Shown here: positions 20,150 to 29,061 of the stretch, one piece after another
How positions within the stretch are numbered: the stretch's first letter is position 1
Layout of the letters: every line of letters begins with the position of its first letter
Origin: an uncultured Chloroflexia bacterium
GTDB lineage: Bacteria > Chloroflexota > Limnocylindria > Limnocylindrales > CSP1-4
Assembly: GCA_963720755.1 (NCBI GenBank)
Contig: CAVRGP010000015.1
Location: forward strand, 320,001-384,000
Direction of reading: 5' to 3'
DNA length: 64,000 nt
The notes under the pieces: model-generated
Seen by the model: only the letters and a program-made list of their open reading frames with translations
The model's database searches: none
Told to the model about the DNA's origin: nothing
Position numbers and translations under genes: made by a program

Positions 20150-22413
20150 GACAGCGACTGCGGGTGGCACCCGCCGAAGGATGGCTGACCCTGGCCCTGG
20201 TCGCGGTCATGTGCGTGACGATGGCATGGGCGATCGACGACGCGCGGTACGTCCTCGGCCGTCCGGAGTATCTCGACCTGCTCATGTACGCCGCCCTCGG
20301 TGGTGTGCTGGCCGGGTTCATCGGGCCCAAGGTCGGTTGGAGCCGGTGGCTGACCTTCCTGATCGGCGCCATCTTCGCCGCGTTGCTGATACCGCTCCTG
20401 GTCGCCCTCGTCGATCATCCGTTCGGCGTGGCTCCACACGACTTGTCCGTCCTGTACGGGGCGACTGCGAGCGCGGCCGTCGAGGCCTATCTCGACATCG
20501 CGGTCCGGGGCCTGTCGACGACGCCGCAATACCTTCACCACATCCTGGTCTTCGGGCTCATCGTCTGGGCGACGTCGATGTTCGCGTCCTATGCCGTCTT
20601 CGGCCACCATCGACCGCTCGGCGGGATCGTCGTCGTCGGCCTGATCCTGGTCGCCAACATGTCGATCACCGACCGACCACAGCTGCCGTACATGGTCCTG
20701 TTCAGCATCGCGGCGCTGCTCATCCTCATCCGCTCGCACGTCTACGACGAGGAATCCGAATGGATCCGGCGCCGGATCGGTGACCCGGGCACGATCTCGG
20801 CCGTCTACCTGCGTGGTGGGACCGTGTTCATCGCGGTGACGGTCGTCGCCTCGTTCGTCCTGACCCAGACGGCGGCTTCGGCCCCGCTGGCCGGTGCGTG
20901 GGATGGCGTCCAGGACAACATCCTGGCCGTGTCTCGGGCGGTCTCGCGCATCCTCCCGACCGGCGGTTCCACGCGTTCGCTCGGGCCTACCTTCGGGGAG
21001 GGGCCGCTCGGTCAGGTCTGGACCCAGGAGGCCGGTGTCGCGGTCATCATCCTGCGGAACCCACAAGATCCCACGCCCTACTACTGGAGAGCCGAGACGT
21101 ACGACCAGCTGGACCTGAAGGGCCGCGGTCACAGTCAGACCTCGTCGGCGGATCTGGCGGTCGGCACCTCGATCTTCGATCAGCTTCCGGTCGCGGCGGA
21201 CCCGGCGACGCTCCATCAGGTGGAATTCGCCGTGACGCCGGTGGAATTCCGACAATCGAGGATCATTTCTCCGGCCGATCCGGACCTGGTCGACGTCCCG
21301 GCCCGTCTGGAGACGACCGGGGCCTCCGGCAACTTCGCCTACCTCGACCGCTCGAGCGGCAGCGGCGACTATTCAGTGACAGCTCGGGTCGTGATCGGCG
21401 ACGGCCCCGGCCAGCTCACCGAATCCGCTCTTCGGGCGACGGGCCGGAACTATCCCGATGACATCCAACAGCTGTACCTGCAGCTTCCCGAGGGCATGTT
21501 CGGCGACTACGCCAAAGCCCTGAAGGCCACCATCGTTGCCCGGGCGGGGTCGACCGACCCGTACGACCTGGCCAAGGCAGCCGAGGTGGAGCTGGCGACG
21601 GGTCCCTATACCTATGACCGGGACATCACCGATCTCCATTGCGAGAACGAGAGTGCGGTGGAGTGTTTCGCCCAGTATCGGCGCGGGTTCTGCCAGTACT
21701 ACGCGATCACGATGGCCGCCATCCTGCGGGACCTGGGCGTTCCGACGAGGATCGCCGAAGGCTTCCTGCCCGGGGTCCGCTCAGGCCCGACCGAGACGAT
21801 CGCGCTGAGCAACGCCCACGAGTGGGTCGAGGTCTACTTCGACGGATACGGATGGGTCCAGTTCGATCCGACCCCCGCGGGCGTCTCGCAACTGGCGCCG
21901 CTGCCGTCCGGCAAGCCGGTGGCGAGTCGTTCGCCCGGCCCGTCACGGTCCCCGCTCGCGCAGGCGTCGCGCGTCGCTGGTCCGCAGGAGGGACCGGGTG
22001 GTCCGAGCGGCCATGTCGACTCCACGGCCAGCGGTTCACTTGGGCCGATGGTCGGGGTCGGGATCCTCCTCTTGATCGTCATCCTCACAGCCTCGTTCCT
22101 GGCCTGGAGACGCGGACCGCGAAGTGCGATCAACGCGGATGGAGCGTATGGGACGGTGGTCCGGATCGCCTCCCGTCTCGGCTTCGGGCCGAGGCCCGCC
22201 GAGACCGTCTACGAATACGCCGGCGCCCTGGGTGACGTCCTGCCCGACGTTCGGCCGGAACTGCACACGGTCGCCACGGCCAAGGTCGAATCGGCCTACG
22301 GTCGACGGATCATCGACGCTCAACGACTGGCCACGATCCAGACGGCGCAGCGACGGCTGCGGGTCAGCCTGCTCAAGCTGGCCTTCCGCCGACAGGGCCG
22401 CAAGCGTCGCTGA
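20146..22413 (+). CDS. Membrane transglutaminase-like protein (TgpA-type)
   Basis: N-terminal TMs; YYWR; GFCQYYA, AHEWVEVYF, FDPTP (Cys-His-Asp triad). Confidence 0.9.
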   Translation: MRQRLRVAPAEGWLTLALVAVMCVTMAWAIDDARYVLGRPEYLDLLMYAALGGVLAGFIGPKVGWSRWLTFLIGAIFAALLIPLLVALVDHPFGVAPHDLSVLYGATASAAVEAYLDIAVRGLSTTPQYLHHILVFGLIVWATSMFASYAVFGHHRPLGGIVVVGLILVANMSITDRPQLPYMVLFSIAALLILIRSHVYDEESEWIRRRIGDPGTISAVYLRGGTVFIAVTVVASFVLTQTAASAPLAGAWDGVQDNILAVSRAVSRILPTGGSTRSLGPTFGEGPLGQVWTQEAGVAVIILRNPQDPTPYYWRAETYDQLDLKGRGHSQTSSADLAVGTSIFDQLPVAADPATLHQVEFAVTPVEFRQSRIISPADPDLVDVPARLETTGASGNFAYLDRSSGSGDYSVTARVVIGDGPGQLTESALRATGRNYPDDIQQLYLQLPEGMFGDYAKALKATIVARAGSTDPYDLAKAAEVELATGPYTYDRDITDLHCENESAVECFAQYRRGFCQYYAITMAAILRDLGVPTRIAEGFLPGVRSGPTETIALSNAHEWVEVYFDGYGWVQFDPTPAGVSQLAPLPSGKPVASRSPGPSRSPLAQASRVAGPQEGPGGPSGHVDSTASGSLGPMVGVGILLLIVILTASFLAWRRGPRSAINADGAYGTVVRIASRLGFGPRPAETVYEYAGALGDVLPDVRPELHTVATAKVESAYGRRIIDAQRLATIQTAQRRLRVSLLKLAFRRQGRKRR

Positions 22414-22449
22414 CCTCGGGTCGACCGGTCGCTGACCTCGGGTCGACCG
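22406..22449. repeat. Perfect 22-bp direct tandem duplication (2 copies)
   Basis: GTCGCTGACCTCGGGTCGACCG at 22406-22427 and 22428-22449. Confidence 0.9.
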
Positions 22450-22463
22450 CGCGGTCGCCAGGC

Positions 22464-23285
22464 TCAGAGGGCGCCACTCCGGGCACGGGCTTCGGCAGCG
22501 TGTTCCTCGCTCGAGCCGGACGTGCCGCCCACGAGATGGGCCGTGAGGTTGTGGGCTCGAAGGACCGGACGACCCGCCCGGAATTCGATGATGGTGACCC
22601 CGCACAGGTCCATGGACCACATCCAGAAGTGGTCGAGCGGCAGGTCGAACAGGGTGAGCAAGGCGACCTTGAAGACCCCGTCGTGGCCGACCACGATCGA
22701 CCAGGGATGCGTGGCGGGTGCCCTCGCATACCCGGGAACCTGGGGGCCGTCGAGCGACCCGGGGACGCCGACCGCAGCCATCTCCCGGAGAAGCGACGCC
22801 AACGATCGCGCCACCCGAGTCTGGACGTCGGTCAGCGCCTCGCCGCCGGGTGCGGAGGACAGGTGCGGATCCCGACGCCACGCCGACAGCTCCGGGCCGT
22901 AGCGTTCGGCGACCTCGGTGTGCAGGAGGCCCTGCCAGACTCCCTGGTGGATCTCGGCGAAGCCGGCGTCTGCCCGGACGGGCACCGATCCGCCGCCACG
23001 CGTCATCGCCTGCGAGATCGCCGAGGCGGTCTGGGCCGTCCGGACAAGCGGTGAGTGGACGAGCGCCAGGGGAGCGCCGGACGGGATGGGCAATGGTGGC
23101 GGTGCCTGTTGGACCGCCAATCGCTCGGCCACACGTTCGGCCTGCATGCGACCGGTCTCGGACAGTGGCGTTTCGGCCTGGCCCTGGAATCGTCCCTCCA
23201 CGATGAAGGTGGATTCGCCATGACGCACCAGGACGAGGGTGGCGTCAAGCCCGACCGGGGACAGCGGGGGACGGGACACGGTCAC
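22464..23285 (-). CDS. Histidine phosphatase (PGAM family), probable phosphoserine phosphatase
   Basis: LVRHGES, SPLVRT, EIHQGVW, VGHDG; coupled to serA. Confidence 0.8.
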   Translation of the reverse strand: MTVSRPPLSPVGLDATLVLVRHGESTFIVEGRFQGQAETPLSETGRMQAERVAERLAVQQAPPPLPIPSGAPLALVHSPLVRTAQTASAISQAMTRGGGSVPVRADAGFAEIHQGVWQGLLHTEVAERYGPELSAWRRDPHLSSAPGGEALTDVQTRVARSLASLLREMAAVGVPGSLDGPQVPGYARAPATHPWSIVVGHDGVFKVALLTLFDLPLDHFWMWSMDLCGVTIIEFRAGRPVLRAHNLTAHLVGGTSGSSEEHAAEARARSGAL

Positions 23286-24865
23286 CGCGTGCCGCCGAGC
23301 CGGATCGCCCAGAGATCGGTGACCCCTTCCTGGGTCCGGAGCGCGTCGGCGACCTCGCTCGGGATGGCGTCATCGAGGGCCAGGATCATGAACGCGTCCT
23401 CCCGCGGCCGCGTCCTGGCCAGGTGCATCGCGCTGATGTTGATGTCTGCCTCTCCGAGCAGGAGTCCGACGCGCCCGACCGTGCCCGGGCGGTCGAGGTG
23501 CCGGGTGATGAGCATGCTCTCGGCCGGGGCCATGTCGAGCCGATAGTCATCCAGGCGGGTGATCCTCGGTTCTCCGCCGGCGACCGTCCCGGCGACGACG
23601 GTCGTTCGCCCGTCGGTCTCGCCGGACAGGCTGATCAGGGACCCGAACGCCCCGGCGTCGGGGGTCTTCCGCTCGATGACGGTGATCCCTCGAGCCTTGG
23701 CAAGTGCCCCGGCGTTGACCAGGTTGACCCGTTCGCTGATCGACGTCTCGAGCAGGCCGCGGAGCATCGCCGCCACCAGCGCCGAGCCGTCGTAGGCCGC
23801 CAGATCGCCCGCGAGTTCGATCGTCAGGGTGTGGACCCCACCTCGCGAGAACTGGCTGAAGAACTGGCCGAGGACTTCGGCCAGCGGCAGGTAGGGCGTG
23901 ATGGCTCGGGCCGTCTCGGGTGTGAGCAGCGGCGCGTTGACCGCGTACCGGGCACTCCGTCCCGCCAGCACGTCGAGGACCTGGTCGGCGATCTCCTCGG
24001 CAACGAGGACCTGGGCTTCTGCCGTCGAGGCGCCGAGATGCGGGGTCAGGAGGGTGTTCGGCGCGTCGAGGAGCGGCGAGTCGGTCGGCGGTTCGTGCTC
24101 GAACACGTCGATCCCGGCACCACCGAGGTGACCCGTGTGCAGGGCCTCGGCCACGGCCGCCTCGTCGAGAACGCCACCTCGCGCGACATTGAGGACGATG
24201 GAGCCGGGCTTCATCCTGGCGATGGCGTCGCGACCGATCAGACCGCGGGTGGCACGAGTCAGTGGGACATGGACCGTCACGACGTCGGCCCTGGCGAGTA
24301 ACGCGTCCAGCTCGACGAGTTCGACGCCATGGTTGGCAGCCGCCTCGGCCGTGAGGAAGGGGTCGACGCCGATGACCGTCATCTCCATGGCCGACGCCCG
24401 GACCGCGATGGCCTGTCCGATCTTGCCCAAGCCGATGATCCCGAGCGTTCGGCCCCGTAGCTCGTGGCCGGTGAACTGGGATCGCTTCCATTCGCCGCGG
24501 CGGAGCGAGGCGTCGGCCGGAGCGACCCGCCGGGATACTCCGTAGAGGAGCGCCAGGGTGTGCTCGGCCGCCGCGATCGTGTTCCCGGTCGGGGCGTTGA
24601 CGACCACGATCCCGGCGCGGGTGGCCGCATCCAGGTCGACGTTGTCGACGCCGACGCCTGCCCGCCCGATCACGACGAGACGCGTTCCGGCGGCGATCAC
24701 CTCGGCGTCCACCTGGACCTGGCTGCGAACGATCAGCGCGTCATAGTCCGGCAGCGCGGCACACAGGTCTTCGCGGGACAGCCCAGGCCGCTCGTCGACC
24801 TGGTGGTGCGCCCGAAGTCGTGCCACACCCTCGTTGGCGACGGACTCCGCGACGAGGACCCTCAC
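23282..24865 (-). CDS. serA: D-3-phosphoglycerate dehydrogenase with ASB and ACT domains
   Basis: RAGVGVDNVD, GLGKIG, NVARGG, TPHLGAST, DRPG ACT; GTG start overlapping the upstream stop. Confidence 0.95.
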   Translation of the reverse strand: MRVLVAESVANEGVARLRAHHQVDERPGLSREDLCAALPDYDALIVRSQVQVDAEVIAAGTRLVVIGRAGVGVDNVDLDAATRAGIVVVNAPTGNTIAAAEHTLALLYGVSRRVAPADASLRRGEWKRSQFTGHELRGRTLGIIGLGKIGQAIAVRASAMEMTVIGVDPFLTAEAAANHGVELVELDALLARADVVTVHVPLTRATRGLIGRDAIARMKPGSIVLNVARGGVLDEAAVAEALHTGHLGGAGIDVFEHEPPTDSPLLDAPNTLLTPHLGASTAEAQVLVAEEIADQVLDVLAGRSARYAVNAPLLTPETARAITPYLPLAEVLGQFFSQFSRGGVHTLTIELAGDLAAYDGSALVAAMLRGLLETSISERVNLVNAGALAKARGITVIERKTPDAGAFGSLISLSGETDGRTTVVAGTVAGGEPRITRLDDYRLDMAPAESMLITRHLDRPGTVGRVGLLLGEADINISAMHLARTRPREDAFMILALDDAIPSEVADALRTQEGVTDLWAIRLGGTR

Positions 24866-26052
24866 GCACCGGCCCCGGCGGCGGCGGCAACGGTGAGCCC
24901 GAGCGAGTCGATGCCCGCGACCTGGGCCGCCGCGACGGCGACGCCGGGCTGGGTCGGGCGACCCATTCCGATGGAGACGATCTCGAGCGTGCTCATCGCC
25001 CCCAGGATCTCCTCGAGCGTGACCGATCCAAGATGGCCCAGCCGGAAGATCTTGCCTGCGACTTTGCCCTGGCCGCCCGCGAGGACGACCCCGCGCGCCT
25101 TGGCCGCCGCATTGAAGGCCTTCCAATCGAGGCCGTCCGGCACGATCGCTGCGGTGACGGTGCGGGACGCATACCGAGGATCGGCGAACAGATCGAAGCC
25201 CAGTGCGGTGAGGCCCGCCCTCGTGGCGGCGGCACAGGCCTCGTGGCGGGCGAAGATGTGCTCGGCGCCCTCGTCGGCCATCAGTCGGAGTCCCTCATCG
25301 ACCTGGTAGACGACCGCGATGGCCGGCGTGAACGGGGTCTGTCCGGTGGCGTGACTGTCGCGGTGAGCGCGGAGATCGAGGTAGAACCGCGGCATCGTGG
25401 CCCGTTCCATCGCCGACCACGCGCGTGGCGAGGCCGCGATCATGGCCAGACCCGGCGCGGCCATCCACGCCTTCTGCGAACCGGTGACGACGACATCGAC
25501 ACCCCAGGCGTCCATCTCGAACGGGACCGCCCCGAGGCCGGAGACACTGTCGACCAGGATGAGCGCGTCAGGCGCGAGTTCGCGGACGACCGCGGCGAGC
25601 TCCGGGATCGGGTTCATCACCGACGTCGAAGTCTCGTTGTGGGTCAGCAGGACCGCTCGGTAGCCTGGCTGTCGCTCGAGCTCGGCCCGCAGGATCGCCG
25701 GATCGGCCGCCTGGCCCCACTCGACCTCGATCTTGGTGACCTCGGCACCGTAGGTCCGGGCGATCTTCGCGAACCGGTCGCCGAACGAGCCGATCGAGAC
25801 GCCGAGCACTCGATCGCCGGGCGACAGGGTGTTGACGACCGCCGCCTCGAGGCCGCCGGTGCCCGCGGTGGTGATCATCACGATGTCGTTCGTCGTCCCG
25901 AAGAACGGCTTCATCCCGGTCAGGATCCGATCGAGCATGGCCGCGAACTCGGGCCCGCGGTGGTTGATCATCTGGCGTGCGCCCGCCGCGCGGACGGACG
26001 GTGGCAGGCCGGTCGGGCCGGGGATGCGCAGGTTGGGCTCGAAGCGGTCCAC
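24862..26052 (-). CDS. Class V PLP aminotransferase (AGT family), probable phosphoserine aminotransferase
   Basis: IPGPT, HNETST, VDSVS, GSQKAW, FRLGHLG. Confidence 0.88.
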   Translation of the reverse strand: MDRFEPNLRIPGPTGLPPSVRAAGARQMINHRGPEFAAMLDRILTGMKPFFGTTNDIVMITTAGTGGLEAAVVNTLSPGDRVLGVSIGSFGDRFAKIARTYGAEVTKIEVEWGQAADPAILRAELERQPGYRAVLLTHNETSTSVMNPIPELAAVVRELAPDALILVDSVSGLGAVPFEMDAWGVDVVVTGSQKAWMAAPGLAMIAASPRAWSAMERATMPRFYLDLRAHRDSHATGQTPFTPAIAVVYQVDEGLRLMADEGAEHIFARHEACAAATRAGLTALGFDLFADPRYASRTVTAAIVPDGLDWKAFNAAAKARGVVLAGGQGKVAGKIFRLGHLGSVTLEEILGAMSTLEIVSIGMGRPTQPGVAVAAAQVAGIDSLGLTVAAAAGAGA

Positions 26053-26225
26053 GGAAGCCTCCTGGAGGGTCGTGTTGCGTTGACGGTCGATGGTCGGCGG
26101 GCGATCGGCCGCACCTCGCCTATGCTCTCACGCGGAGACGGAACGAGTCCGTCACGCGGGCCATTCGAGCCGCGTCCATCCAGCGTTCCCAGACTCCCGA
26201 GGATCGCCGCCATGACCAGCCCCCG

Positions 26226-27191
26226 ATGACCGCACATCGCCGCCGACGCACGCGCCTCGCCGCTGCAACGGTGCTTGTCGTCGCGGTCGTCGGTGCCGCC
26301 GTCGGTGTCGGCGCGGTCGCGACCGACACCCTGGGGGCGGGCCACCTCTACCAGCGGGCGCTCGCCAAGGTCGACCGCTTCCTCGCCGGTCCCGTCCCCG
26401 ACCGATCCGCCCCGGTCACGGTCCTGGTCACCGATCCGCCGCTGGTCGAGGACACGGCCGCACCGAGTCCGACCGCGGGTGCCGATGGTTCCGTGCCTCC
26501 CCCCACCGTCGAACCCGATTCGAGCGCCACCCCGGTCGAGACTGCGACACCGGCACCAACGCCCGCCCGCGTCGCGGTCGACGTCAACATCGTCGCCAAG
26601 CCAAAGGCGGTCTTCGCCCACGAGATCGAGGTCACCTGGTGCGCCGCCGCCGGGGTCCAGATGACCTTGGCCATCCTGGGCCTCGTCGACAACTCATCCG
26701 TGCAGCAACGTGAGATCCAGGGTCGGGTCCGCCGGTGGGAGAGCTATCGCGACAGCCACAACGGGGATTGGGGACCGTCGGCCATGGCTCTTGCCCTCGA
26801 TGCGTACGGAGCGAGCGGCTATGAAGTCCGGGCCTACCAGAGCCGCCAGAGCGCCCTGCGTGGCGCAGCCAGGGCGATCCAGAAGACGGACTCGCCGGTC
26901 CTGCTGCTCGCCTGGCGGGGAGCGCACACCTGGGTCATGACCGGATTCCGGGCGGACGCCGACCCCTCCGTGTTCGCCGATTCCAAGATCGAAGGCGCCT
27001 ACATCCTCGATCCCTGGTATCCGGATGTGTCGAGTATCTGGGGACCGTCTGACCCACCGGGGACGTTCCAGGATGCGGCCGAGATGGTCCGGAACTACCT
27101 GCCCTGGAAGCGCCCCGAGGGCGCCTATCCGGATCGCGACGGCTTGTTCATCGCGGTCGTCCCGACCGTCAGGGCCGCGTCGGCACGCTGA
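26226..27191 (+). CDS. Exported papain-fold (C39-like) peptidase with Pro/Thr linker
   Basis: Basic plus hydrophobic N-terminus; WCAAAGVQM, AHTWVMTG, ILDPW. Confidence 0.6.
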   Translation: MTAHRRRRTRLAAATVLVVAVVGAAVGVGAVATDTLGAGHLYQRALAKVDRFLAGPVPDRSAPVTVLVTDPPLVEDTAAPSPTAGADGSVPPPTVEPDSSATPVETATPAPTPARVAVDVNIVAKPKAVFAHEIEVTWCAAAGVQMTLAILGLVDNSSVQQREIQGRVRRWESYRDSHNGDWGPSAMALALDAYGASGYEVRAYQSRQSALRGAARAIQKTDSPVLLLAWRGAHTWVMTGFRADADPSVFADSKIEGAYILDPWYPDVSSIWGPSDPPGTFQDAAEMVRNYLPWKRPEGAYPDRDGLFIAVVPTVRAASAR

Positions 27192-28524
27192 GCCCGATCC
27201 GGCGAACGCGTCGCGCGACGAAGAACCCGAGGAGGGCATCCTTCGCGAGGAGGCCGACTCCGTACCCGAACGGGATGGCCAGAAGCCCCGCCGACGGGAT
27301 GAGGAGCTGGGTCAGCAGCACGACGACACCGAGCCCGGTGAACGACGCAACGACCTGCCGGAGCGTGTCGTGGGTCGCGTACAGACCGCGCGACAGCGGG
27401 TAGGCGAGGGCGTCGAGTGGGATCGACAGCGCGAAGGCGGCAACGAGCGACGACGTCCGTGCGACGTCTTCAGGCCCGAACTCACCGCCGCCGAGCAGCA
27501 CCTCGACGAGCATCCCGGACAGCACGAACAGGCCGATCGAGGCAAGTGTCGTCAGGACGGCGATCGTGACCACGTTCCGGGAGAGGATGGAGCGAAAGCC
27601 GCTGCCGTCCTGGACCGCGAAGGCGGATGACAGCACCGGGAAGACGGCCAGGGAGAACGACACGCCGATCAGGCTGACCGGGAGGACCTGGTAGTCGAGC
27701 GCGAAGTTGAGGGACGACACGCTCCCGACCCCAAGACCTGCCGCGACGACGGTGAAGTAGGTCAGCGTCAGCGGTTCGATCGGCACGGATGCCATCCGCG
27801 GCAGCATCAGCCGGATGAATTCGCGAAAGGCGGGCGTTCGGAACCCGAGGCTCGGCCGGATCCTGAACGTGGTCCGAGTCGTCCCGATCGCGCGGATGGC
27901 GAGGTGGGCGGTGGCCCCCGCCACGGCACCCCAGGCCGAGGCGACGATCCCATACGTCGAGGCGAACAGGACCGTCCCGAGGATGATGCCGGCCGAGTAG
28001 AGGATCGGAGCCAGTGCGTAGAACACGAACCGACGATGGGCGACCAGGACCTCGCCGAGCGCCATCGAGGCGGCGAACAGGATCTGCGCGATGCAGTTGA
28101 TCCGGAGGAGCTGGACGTAGAGCGCCCTGGTGGCGGGATCGAAATCCTTGCCGACGATCTCGCCCAGCCACGGCCCCAGCAGGAACAGGCCCGCGCTCGC
28201 GATCGCCATGACCCCGACAGCCCCGGTCAGGGCGGCTCGCCCGAAGTCGTTGGCCGGCTCGTCATCCGATGGACTCCGTTCACGGAGGCTGTTGAAGATC
28301 GGCACGAAGGGAGCGGCCAGCCCCGCCGCGACGAGAACGTCGAGCGCGATCTCCGGGATCCGGAAGGCGGCGTTGTACGCATCGAGCTCGGCCCCGGCGC
28401 CGTACGTATTGGCGAAAACGCGGTTCCTGACGATACCCATCGCGAAGTACGCGAGCGACAGGACCGACAGGACGATCGCCCCGCGCGGGAAGAGCCGATC
28501 GATGAGCGCGCGGATCGTGGTCAC
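27169..28524 (-). CDS. murJ: Lipid II flippase MurJ (MviN)
   Basis: GAGAELDAYNAAFRIPE, FVPIF, LPVSLIG, RGLYATHDT. Confidence 0.88.
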   Translation of the reverse strand: MTTIRALIDRLFPRGAIVLSVLSLAYFAMGIVRNRVFANTYGAGAELDAYNAAFRIPEIALDVLVAAGLAAPFVPIFNSLRERSPSDDEPANDFGRAALTGAVGVMAIASAGLFLLGPWLGEIVGKDFDPATRALYVQLLRINCIAQILFAASMALGEVLVAHRRFVFYALAPILYSAGIILGTVLFASTYGIVASAWGAVAGATAHLAIRAIGTTRTTFRIRPSLGFRTPAFREFIRLMLPRMASVPIEPLTLTYFTVVAAGLGVGSVSSLNFALDYQVLPVSLIGVSFSLAVFPVLSSAFAVQDGSGFRSILSRNVVTIAVLTTLASIGLFVLSGMLVEVLLGGGEFGPEDVARTSSLVAAFALSIPLDALAYPLSRGLYATHDTLRQVVASFTGLGVVVLLTQLLIPSAGLLAIPFGYGVGLLAKDALLGFFVARRVRRIGLSVPTRP

Positions 28525-28542
28525 GGCGCCCTCCTCATCGGA

Positions 28543-29055
28543 TCAGGTGTCGGATGGCCGATCCAACCTCGAATCCCAGAAGTCGAGGAACTCGAGGTCG
28601 CCCGGCGAGTGGCCGGCCCGGGTCAGCAGGATCGCCGCGTCGGTGAACTGTTCGACGCCATGGATCACGATGTGTGTGACGAATGCGCTGAGCGGATAGC
28701 CGGCCTTGCCCTCGACATCGCAGTCGGCCGCGAGTGCGTCGTCCGACAGGCTGGCCAGCCAGGCCCGCATCTCGACCTCATCGCGATTCCAGTGCTCGGC
28801 GATGTCGGCGACCGTTCGATAGTCGTCGGAGACCAGCTCGCTCGCAGAGCCGTCGGCGTGCGAGACGCCCTGCAACCGTTCCCGCCAGCTCCACTCGACA
28901 TCGAGTTCGTGGATCAGGGTGGCGCGCAGGTCGCGTCCGTTGATCGCGTCCGCAGTCACGAGTCCATCGGGCGGCAGGTCGGCCGCGCACGCCAGGACAC
29001 GATCCCGCAACCAGTACAGGAAGTCGAACAGCGTTTCGACCTCCGCATGGCGCAT
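28543..29055 (-). CDS. DinB family protein
   Basis: LRATLIHELDVEWSW, HIVIHG, LTRAGHSPGDL. Confidence 0.8.
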   Translation of the reverse strand: MRHAEVETLFDFLYWLRDRVLACAADLPPDGLVTADAINGRDLRATLIHELDVEWSWRERLQGVSHADGSASELVSDDYRTVADIAEHWNRDEVEMRAWLASLSDDALAADCDVEGKAGYPLSAFVTHIVIHGVEQFTDAAILLTRAGHSPGDLEFLDFWDSRLDRPSDT

Positions 29056-29061
29056 GCGACG

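Noticed and set aside
17850-22413. MoxR-DUF58-transglutaminase as a new system
   Set aside because: This is a widespread, previously described gene trio.
22406-22449. Direct repeat as a possible CRISPR array or att site
   Set aside because: Two adjacent copies with no spacer; no cas or integrase genes.
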